NCBI GenBank assembly: GCA_032718475.1
Contig: JAUCBJ010006767.1
Span: 1-37,064, forward strand
Length of the DNA: 37,064 nt
DNA from: Nemertoderma westbladi
Taxonomy: Eukaryota > Animalia > Xenacoelomorpha
Direction: 5' to 3'
The notes under the pieces were generated by a model. It was given only the letters and a program-made list of their open reading frames with translations, ran no database searches and was not told where the DNA came from. Shown piece after piece: positions 12,568-22,000 of the stretch. The translations under genes were made by a program, and so were the position numbers. Each line of letters opens with the position of its first letter. The stretch's first letter is position 1.

Positions 12568-12640
12568 ATTCTACGCTATCCTATATTTAACAGACCGGGG
12601 TTTATTAGAAATCCTCCCTTGAGTGATTTATGTTAACTCC
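12568..12640 (+). repeat. Right copy of ~73-bp direct repeat (probable TSD)
   Basis: Matches 9628-9701. Confidence 0.9.
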
Positions 12641-12955
12641 TCCTTCTTCCTAATATCATGCATTTTATTTGCATTGTATTTTATTTTTATTTTATTGCTT
12701 TTCCGTTTTCTGATACCGGTACACACCACCCTCAGGATGAAATGAAAGTGATCCTCTGAAAAATAAATAGGTATAAAAGTGGAGAAAATTAGACAGCCCG
12801 GGGCGGGGGGGGGGGGGGGGGGTCAAACTATATGTAGCATTTCCATCAGCATGGCTCTGATTACTATGGCCTGTTCACACAACATCATTTTTTTCCAACT
12901 CGGATCCCATTTAAACACTATTATATACATTCATCCCATTCACCACCACCATTAA

Positions 12956-13393
12956 CCCTATTAAACAAGGGGGGGGGGGGGGGTTGTGTTATAACTCTGA
13001 AACAAACGCCGTTGGGAATTTTAAATTTTTCAAATTTTCATAAAATTATTTTAAATTTATTTTAAATAGTTGGACATTTTTCGAGTTTAGCACCACTTTT
13101 GAACTCAATTTTTTGCACTATTTTTTGAGTCAATGGCGCTAAATGACCGCAAATTCCATCATCCCTGTGTTTAGTGGGTTTAGTTGGGTTCGTGGACTTT
13201 GTGGTTGTGGGTTTTGTGGATAATATGGGGTTACTGGACATAGTGGGTTTAGTGGTTAGTGGAATTAGTATTAAATTCGAAGGAATACGGAAATTTGGTA
13301 GAAATTTCAAACTTGTTTTTCATTTGCGGGAGCCAAAATTTGGTGCTAGCACCAAATTTGAAATCCACCAAATATATAAATTGGCTACGTCAT
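12956..13393. mobile_element. piggyBac-like non-autonomous element, interrupted by the BEL/Pao LTR
   Basis: TTAA|CCCTATTAAAC start, poly-G, GTTATAA(C/T)TCTGAAACAAACGC shared with 6132-6240; sub-repeat at 13270-13385 matches 6450-7050 units. Confidence 0.65.
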
Positions 13394-13680
13394 TGTAAAA
13401 GCTTTTGCGTAATTAGCCGGTTATTTTCCCTTAAAGTACTCTGTAGTTGCTTTGCCAGGCATAAAAAGGCCGTGTCCTTGCTGTACTGGTGTTTTAGAGG
13501 ACATAAAAGTCATTTCTTATGTATTTGTACTGTATTTGTACTTTAGAGGACATAATCCACAATCTCGTGACGCAATAGCTGGATACTTTGAAAACAGTGT
13601 CGCTACCATGACGACGGCTGGCAGCTGATATTGCCACGTCGACGTTTCTTTGTTTCTTTGTTCTCTCGTTGTTCAGGTTG

Positions 13681-13745
13681 ACCAATCAGAGCGTTTGTTG
13701 TCTCTGTGTTGGAGGTATATACAGAAACTCAGTAGTTCAGTGTTA
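13681..13745 (+). promoter_or_regulatory. Candidate LTR core promoter (CCAAT box, TATA-like, TCAGT initiator-like)
   Basis: CCAATCAGAGCG and a downstream TTCAGT are conserved in both LTRs (28867-28878 and 28813-28818 on minus). Confidence 0.5.
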
Positions 13746-14514
13746 TGTTTTTGCCCAGAGCCTAAGAACCGGCTTTTGGCACCTCCGTGTTTTCAGTTTT
13801 AGTCTTACACTAGTAGGTTTAATTATAAGGGCATATATCCTTTAACTCATGGAATCACTGATCTGGGAATATACTGACTGCTGACACACGGCTTGTAATA
13901 ACTGCTGAAACTGCTAAAATTACCTGCTCAATCGATACTGTGTACTGCTATTTGTTGTCGGTTATTCATTATATTGGTTGATGAATTATTATATTGGAAT
14001 AACGAGAAATAACCCCGAAAACCCAATATTCTTGATATACCGAAGGTAAGAGAGAAAGGTTACCAATAACGATTGTGACTTATGTTAAAGTGGTTTGAAG
14101 TGAATCTAATGTTATTTGATAGACCCTACATGAGTCAGTCTGTGTTCCTTTTATATGTGACTAAAATCAGTGAAGATTGGCAGATTAGTGTGCAGTATTG
14201 TGCAGCATTGTGTATGAGTGAGTCTGTTAAAGAAGCATTTCCTAAAGAATGCGCCATATATGTGAATTATAATTAAGCCATATCGTTGTGAGTAGTTTAA
14301 GTCATAACTCTGTTTATATAGATAAAGCGCCACGTCCTAAAGGAACTGTTAATATTCCCGAAGGTGAATAATATTGTCAGAGATTATATAATACTGTCAG
14401 TCGAATAATACATTAGGCTTACATAGCAATAAAATTAAACCGTCGAACCCAATCTCCCGGGAATATCCAGCGGGTGAATGATCGCGCACAGATTGGTTTC
14501 GACTAGTGTAGTGA

Positions 14515-14520
14515 ATTAAA
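14515..14520 (+). terminator. Candidate polyadenylation signal ATTAAA in LTR
   Basis: Conserved at the equivalent position of LTR 2 (28018-28023, minus), ~90 nt from the LTR end. Confidence 0.45.
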
Positions 14521-14671
14521 TACTTGTCATAGACTAAAAGTGATTTATTATCTAGAAGACATTCTAATTTGGCGGGTTAAACTGCCAAAGGTCTGAAAGC
14601 GCGAACATTAAAGGATATAGCTTCTTTATTGCAGTAAGCAATAAAGTTGAAAGTACCGGTCAACCGGTAAA

Positions 14672-14803
14672 CCTGAACGGTACATCTGTAGGTCAGTAGG
14701 CCCAACTGCCAGAACCGGTACTGCCGTAGGTCCGTAGGTCCAACTGCCAGAACCGGTACTTCTGTAGGTCCGTAGGCCCAACTGTCCTAACCGGTACTTC
14801 CGT
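14672..14803 (+). repeat. ~39-bp tandem repeat in 5' leader (ACCGGTACT..CGTAGGTCCGTAGG.CCAACTG), ~3.3 copies
   Basis: Directly visible. Confidence 0.85.
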
Positions 14804-14976
14804 ATAAGTACATTCGTATTATTCGATTTGATTGTTGTATACCGGTAGGCTGTTTAAGAGATTAGGGACTGTACACCCCTTGTTTCTTTTGGAGCTTACT
14901 TATTTCTGTCAGTTTTATTTTATTTGTAGGTCAGTATTGAACAGAAGGCGTGTAAGCCTGATCAGATTGTACAGAC

Positions 14977-15545
14977 AATTTGTAGGCTGAGCTGTTGTCT
15001 GATTGCTGTTAAGTCTGAACGGATTGCAGTGTGTGTAGATCACCTGTCCGATTAAGTACGGTTAGGAAGTAGGGGCAGCGAATGCTGTAAGGTAAACCCC
15101 CAACTAAAGAATAAGTCGTACTACTGGGTTAGAACGCATACTCCCTAATCATTTCGGAGTCTGCATGTCCTGTAGTTTATTTAGGCTTGAGAGTAGTCTG
15201 CCATCGTTTAGTCTGTACTTTGTTTGTGTAAGTCTGTACGGGTAGCGTATAATATTTATTTAGATAATTTGTAGGCTGGATAATTGTCTGGCTGTTATTA
15301 GGCCTGAGCGGATTGCAGCGTGTGTAGATCACCTGTCCGATTAAGTACGGTTAGGAAGTAGGGGCAGCGAATGCTGTAAGGTAAACCCCCAACTAAAGAA
15401 TAAGTCGCACTACTGGGTTAGAGCGCATACTCCCTAATCATTTCGGAGTCTGCATATACCGTAGTTTGTTTAGGCTTGATAGTAGTCTGTCAGTGTTCGG
15501 TCTGCATTTTGTTTGAGTAGTTTGTATGCGTAGCGTAATATTTAT
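14977..15545 (+). repeat. 289-bp tandem duplication in 5' leader with 147-nt highly conserved core
   Basis: Copies start at 14977 and 15266; cores 15020-15166 and 15309-15455 differ at three positions. Confidence 0.93.
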
Positions 15546-16870
15546 TATTCAGAGTTTATGCGATTATTCGCAACATTCATTCCCCAAGTTTGTTCCTACA
15601 GTAATTGTGTTTGTTATACATACCGCTATAGTTAAATTAACCCCGGTACTACACGGGCTGTTTGGCTTAGGTAAAGACTGGTTATTTTGTGCATCGGTCA
15701 CTCCAGCAGATGCCGTGGTTCTTTTAGCTGTTCAAGTATATTTAACTACAGATTATATGTTATACAAGTACTCGTACCTAATTTAGGGTTTAGTGTACAG
15801 TGCTTTCCGAAAGTAATTAGTAGGCATTATATTTGTGTTGTAAAGTGGTTGATAGGCACGTTCGATTAGCTCTATTAACTTCTAGGTAGGAACACTCCGT
15901 GATACATAACGTAGAACCTATAGCGATACGGCTATAGGTCGTCAGGCGGTGGTATTTTCCTATCTGGACAACGCAGTGTATTTACTACTACTTATTATTT
16001 CAAATACCGTAGTACCCTGTCCGTTGTAATAACCAGATTTCTAACCCTTTGTTAGGCTGGTTAGTAGACTTCTTGTAAAATTACCCTAAAAATTCGTATT
16101 TGTGTTTTTTTTGTAAATTTTTGTGTTTATTTAGAGATTGTAATCTCACCCGAATTGTACGTAATTTGTAGTATTAAGTAACTTAGGTAAATTAGAATAA
16201 TTTGTTTTAGTGTCCTGTACGTAACACTTCACTTAAAGCGTACCGCTTTGTGTAGTGATTACCCCCAGAAATAATAACATTTATTTCAAACATTGACAAA
16301 ACCCATTAAAACGGGTATATATATATTATAAACCAAATCTAACGATTTATAAATAGTAGGCCTACCATACAACCATTAGGTCTCAATATCAGTTGGATTA
16401 CTGCTCAAATAACGGTAGTAAAGTAAGTAAAGTAACCAAGTAACCCTAAAATACAGAAATTCAATTATTTAAAATAATTGATATACCGGTATTTACGATA
16501 GGCCTATTATCTTTATTTCTATAAATTTAGGCTGAAATTATACCGGTACTTATAATTAATTCTAGTCCAGCATTATATATACTACAAACTGTAAACTGTA
16601 TACCGGTATTCCCGATAGGCCTATTATATATTTATATATATTTGTGCTAAAATTATACCGGTATTCTGTGATAAACCTAGTCTGTAATAATACTTATATA
16701 GTTATATATACCATAAGCATACCGGTGTTCTAATATATTATATATATATCCTACTACACTGAGTAGCAGTATCGTATCGGTAATTAATTACTAGGCTAGC
16801 AGTTAATACTGAGTTACTAGACTTGCTCAGACTGTAATACAGCAGTAGACATTCAACTGTATACATAAAC

Positions 16871-19087
16871 ATGTCTGATACTAAGCAGAACCTGTCAGAC
16901 AGTATATTAGATGTAACTATCTGCGACTCAGATAGAGACGTAGAACCGTCTGGTCGTAAGTTCAGTTCACCTCCCACTGTGAGGAAAGTCATCCCTCCAG
17001 TAGTAATAACAGAACCTAGGCTGGTCCAGCATCGTAGGTCTATCATAGGCACTCGAGCCCAGGTCAAGCGGGACCAAGAAGCAGCGGAGCAGCAACAACC
17101 CGTGAGCCAAGAACTTATTTCTCAGCAGCCCGACAGCTCCAGTAGTGAAGATACGGTAGAACTGACACCCGAACGCGGAGCAAGGATGATGGATGAGGCT
17201 TATTCAGATCCCCTTCTCATCCTTCCTGCAGCCGTACTCACTAGGTTATTGATCGCTGTGGAAGAACACCAGATCGATTGGGCGAGAAGCCAGCGTTCAA
17301 CTAGAGATAGTTATGCTGGATACACAAGGGAAGAACTGAAGTCCATGGTAGAGTCGCAATGGAACTTCCCCGGACCCGGACTCCCGTTTGATTTATCAGA
17401 AGCTGCCTGGGAAGACATACACCGGATGGGAGTAGCCAAGGAAACCATCGATCCAGCTGTGTGGAAGAGGTCCGCAGCCGGATACGCACAGGGATTCTTC
17501 AGCTCTATAGAGCGATTAAAAGAACAACTGTTTCAACAACCTCAAGGACCTCAAGAGCAGGGATTGCTGCTTTATCAAGTTAGAGAAAGAGTTCTACGAA
17601 TCAGGCTAATATTATCGGCCTTTGAGGAGGCTTCTAAACGAAGGCAAGACACGTCGTTGCAAGTTGCCGTAAAGACTTGGTTTCAAAGGGTGAGTCTCCA
17701 GGTTCAAGGAACAGCTCAGTGGAAAGCTCAGTTAGAGGAGCGCTCAACCCATGGAGAATCAACAGACACTACTTTTTCCCAAGTGGAAAGTGAAGCGACG
17801 GCAGAGAAACCGCATAAGAGGGATGCCATTGACATCTATCTGTCAGACTATCAACGTTTTTTAGGTGATGACGAGTTGAGGAGAAGGTTAGAGGGACTTA
17901 GCCCTAATAGTGAAGGAACCAAGCTTGTGTTGGATGCCATCGATGTGGAAATGAGGGCTGCGAACCAGGCTAAATTTGATGAACAACTCCGCATCACCAG
18001 AGTCCAAGAAGAACAAGTAAAGAAAAAACGTATAGAAGACAGAAAGGCAGCGGCAGTAGCAGCAGCAGTGGCAGCTGCAGAAGCAGAAAGAAAAGCGGCA
18101 GCGGCAGAGGCAGCGGCAGAGGCAAAAGCGGCAGCGGCAGAGGCAGCGGCAGAGGCAAAAGTGGCAGCGGCAGAGGCAAAGGCAGCGGCCGAAGCGGAAA
18201 GAAAAGTGGCGGAGGCAGTGGTAGAAGCAGAACGGAGAGCGGCTGAAGAAACCACCCAATTAGAATTGGAAAACATTCAGGAGAATCAAGACTGCATAAA
18301 TAAACAGTTAACAGCTAGTAATATGCAGATGATGAATCGATCTACTCCCAAAAGACAGGGATATACATCATCTGAGGAAGGCGATACCACCGATACGGAA
18401 GGCAAGGGAAATAGATCTCGTCTAAGTAGACGTAAAAGAACATTCCACCTTCAGAAATTGCCTGATTTGCCTCCAGCTGTTAGAAGGCAACTAAATAACA
18501 CCAACTTAGGTAGTACAGAGCCCACAGACCAAATAATTAAAATAGAAAGACTCCCTACGATAGTAGATGAGCCTGAAATAATTAGGCCTGTTCTTGAAAT
18601 CACCCCTTCGGTGATAGACACACCTGTGCTCCCTGAAACTACCTCTAAATTCCCTCTGCATAGCACTAAGCTACCTGTGCCCCGTAGAACTGCCCCGGAT
18701 ACAGTTCAGGTCCTGGACCCCGAGCGAATTATTCATAATTTGTCGCCCGTTGTCCCTCGTCCGCCCGCTACAACGTTGGCGACTCCCGCTTCGGCGGTCG
18801 AATGGGTGGACGAGAGATGGCGGGGGATGGATATCCTGCTCGGGCAGATGCAGGAGACTGTCCAGCAATTCAAGGGCACAGTAAGGGAAAGTAGGCTAGA
18901 GTTGCAAGAAGTGCAGCAAAGTATCGCGCTTGAACGCGATAAATTAGTAAATACCCAAAAGGGTATACCACCACCCTCTGTAACAATGTGTCAACCTGTT
19001 AGGTCTGAAGTATCGCATGCGCAAGGTGTGGAGCCTACACGCATATATACTGCTAGCGAAGTAGAAACCTATAGTGAACCCTATTAA
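16871..19087 (+). CDS. 738-aa ORF, probable N-terminal part of the BEL/Pao Gag polyprotein (helical/coiled-coil, Ala-Glu-Lys repeat, Pro-rich tail)
   Basis: Long ATG-initiated ORF directly after the leader, overlapping gag-pol by ~20 nt; no catalytic motif recognised. Confidence 0.8.
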   Translation: MSDTKQNLSDSILDVTICDSDRDVEPSGRKFSSPPTVRKVIPPVVITEPRLVQHRRSIIGTRAQVKRDQEAAEQQQPVSQELISQQPDSSSSEDTVELTPERGARMMDEAYSDPLLILPAAVLTRLLIAVEEHQIDWARSQRSTRDSYAGYTREELKSMVESQWNFPGPGLPFDLSEAAWEDIHRMGVAKETIDPAVWKRSAAGYAQGFFSSIERLKEQLFQQPQGPQEQGLLLYQVRERVLRIRLILSAFEEASKRRQDTSLQVAVKTWFQRVSLQVQGTAQWKAQLEERSTHGESTDTTFSQVESEATAEKPHKRDAIDIYLSDYQRFLGDDELRRRLEGLSPNSEGTKLVLDAIDVEMRAANQAKFDEQLRITRVQEEQVKKKRIEDRKAAAVAAAVAAAEAERKAAAAEAAAEAKAAAAEAAAEAKVAAAEAKAAAEAERKVAEAVVEAERRAAEETTQLELENIQENQDCINKQLTASNMQMMNRSTPKRQGYTSSEEGDTTDTEGKGNRSRLSRRKRTFHLQKLPDLPPAVRRQLNNTNLGSTEPTDQIIKIERLPTIVDEPEIIRPVLEITPSVIDTPVLPETTSKFPLHSTKLPVPRRTAPDTVQVLDPERIIHNLSPVVPRPPATTLATPASAVEWVDERWRGMDILLGQMQETVQQFKGTVRESRLELQEVQQSIALERDKLVNTQKGIPPPSVTMCQPVRSEVSHAQGVEPTRIYTASEVETYSEPY

Positions 19088-22000
19088 GGGTAATTATAGA
19101 CCTGTTGATAATGACATTCCCTATAGACCTGATCATAATCCGAGAAATTTATATACCGATAACTCGATATTAAATAACACGATGGCCCAAGAAAGTTTTA
19201 CGCGTCAAATGGCTAGAACCGAAGCCCGGCAAGCGGTGAAGGTGGGAGAGATAGTCAAATTCAATGGAGATGAGATGAAATGGTTACCTTTTAATGAATA
19301 TTACAAAGATAACATACAGAACTCTGTACTATCTAATGGAGAAAAACTTAGATACCTCATCGAGTGCTTGGAAGGATCTCCCAAGTTAATGGCGTTAAAG
19401 TTTATTGGACATCCAGACGGATTAAGACAAGTTTGGGACACGCTAAACATCAGGTATGGTAATAGGAATAATATCGCTAAGTATTTATATGCAAAATTAG
19501 TAGCGCCCAGAAAGTTCATCAGCAGTGGGATAATAGAGTTTTCCGATGAGATTCAAGAGATCTGTAGACAATTAGATTGGTTAGGTAAGTCTCATGAATA
19601 CCAAAGTTCTATGGTCATTGGAGCTGTGGCTTCTACTTTACCGAAAGGTGGGGTAGGCACACGCTGGGATAAGAAAGTACTATATATGATGGAACAACAA
19701 CGACGAGACCCTACCATGGCTGATCTCATGTCATTCTTGGATGGAGAAGTGAAATTGCAACTCCTCAAGCAGTCCCGAGAGAAGACACCGGAAAACAAGG
19801 TAAGTGAAAAACCCGTCTCTAGGAGAAAGGTAACACCAGTGTGTTATACAGACGACGGCGAAAGCCAGACTTCTCAAGGAGAAGATAGCGGGAAAGACAC
19901 TGATAGATCTTATTATGTCAATAAAATGCCTAAAGATCAGGTAAGTAAATTCAAGTCTCGAGCAAATGACAGGAGAGAACAGGTAAGAAAAACTCCTCCC
20001 ACGTCTCCCAAGAGAATTCAGGTGAGAAAGCCCGAAGAAAAGGCAAGTGTACACAATGTGACTCAGAATAAGGTAAGTAACATCAAACCGAAATGTGCGC
20101 TGTGTGACGGGACCCACCATTTGAATAGGTGTGATGAATTTCTAAAGAAATCATTAACGGAGAGACGCGAAGTCATGTGGGATAAGCGGTTATGTTATAA
20201 TTGCCTCAGACAAGGACACCAACGGCGAACCTGTTTCTCTGACATAAGGTGTGCAAAGTGTGGTGCGAAACATCATATCTTGTTGCACGCTGAATTCGAT
20301 CGAAATAGTCCGAATCAGGTAAGTGATTCCGAGCTACATGTCCAATTCAGTGATGTGAACGACACTGATCAATCTGAGATGGAAGGATTCTATACAGACG
20401 AGTTCTCCGACGAAAATGAATCCTGTTACATGATAAATACCGCAGTGTATCGAGCACTCACATATGAAAAGGATACAGACAACGACTTCACTCTAACTAC
20501 TTCTGAGCGACAACCATCTTGGAAAGAGCCATCTTCCAATGTAGGGATCCGAGAGTTTCCTGTAGTGCAAGTGAGGGTTCACGGACCTAAGAGGAGTTAT
20601 GTAGTGAACGCCCTCCTTGACTCCGGTAGTACAGGAACATTCATCGACAAAGAGCTAGCCGAAGATATATTTGCTGGACAACTCAAGTTCCAAACTAAGC
20701 TCAACATGTCTGGCATAATGCAAGTTTGGAAATCTACAATCACAGCGGATTATTATGTAGGAGCGTTGTCCACCCCCCAGGACGAACTAGGAGAACATAG
20801 CATAAGGTCAGTGAAAATGGTGGCTATAAAGAACTTCGCTACTACTCAAGCAGACCTTTATAATTGGGACGAGGATGAGAGCATCCAACATCTTAACATA
20901 CCTCGATTCCAGACTGATTATCCTGGAGTGCGAATACTCATCGGCCAAAACGCGCATGAGGCGCTGGAGACATTAGAGAAACGGCCTGCTCAACCGCAGC
21001 CCCTACAGACCTATGCGGTAAGAACTAGAGTAGGTTGGTACTTTACTGGCCCTTCCCGTAGAACACTCAAAGAAAGACTACCGCAAGAGCGCGTCTGTCA
21101 GGTGAGTGAATGGGAAGATGATACTAGTGAAGGAGACGATTCAACTGAGGGAATTCCATACTCCTCAGATAACGACAACGTTCACCAGCTTTTTGATGAG
21201 GAGAATACCATCGATCTCCTTAAGGAAAACGAGGCTTGGCAAAACCAAGTGAACTTATGTCAACTTCTCTATCCATCTGAACGAGAAGCTTACAACGACG
21301 AGTTAAATGACGTCATTGAGCGTTGCAATGCCAAGACTCGAGATGAACATGCTGTACGATTCTTTACGCAAGAGGCGGTAGAGCCCAATTCCTACGATAA
21401 GGCTTTATCAGTGGAAGAGGAAAGGGCCAAGCAGATCCAAGAGACGACTACACGTTTCATCAAAGATCAAGGTAGGTATGAAGTCGGTTTACCTTTTCGC
21501 AAGAGAGAACCGAAGTTCATCAATAACAGACCTTTGGCGGAAAAAAGAATCGCGCAACTCCATCGACGCCTTACGGCTAATTCTTCAGCGAAAGCAATGT
21601 ATCAAACACAGCTGGAAAAATTTATTAATAAGGGATACGCGGAGAGGGTACCGGAAGAAACACCTGTGACTGAAAGAACGTATTATTTAACTCACCATTA
21701 CGTTCCTAAACCCGGTAAACCAAATGAAGTGAGAGTAGTGTTTGATGGCTCCACTCTTTACATGGGTCAATCCCTTAACTCTGAATTGTTACCCGGACCC
21801 AACTTGCTTCAATCTTTGTTGGGAATTCTTTTAAGATTGAGACAATATTCGATTGCTTTCGCCTCCGATATAGAAGGCATGTTCTTACAAGTCAAGGTGT
21901 TAGATAGGGATCGAGATAGTCTACGATTTCTGTGGTGGCCCGAAGGAGATCTCAACCAGAAACTGGTGGAGTACTGGATGACCATCCAGGCCTTTGGGAT

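Larger units (their letters stand above)
13394..14607 (+). repeat. 5' LTR of element 1 (1214 bp, TGTA...AACA)
   Basis: Homologous to reverse complement of 27927-29195; similarity begins at TGTAAAAGCTT and ends at AAAGCGCG(A/T)ACA in both. Confidence 0.9.

Noticed and set aside
15020-15455. Hammerhead ribozyme or tRNA/snRNA gene
   Set aside because: No CTGANGA...GAAA core on either strand and no tRNA A/B boxes recognised
17851-18276. Antisense Ala/Ser-, Cys- and Pro/Leu-rich ORFs
   Set aside because: Shadows of the GCA/GCG-rich repeat of ORF1
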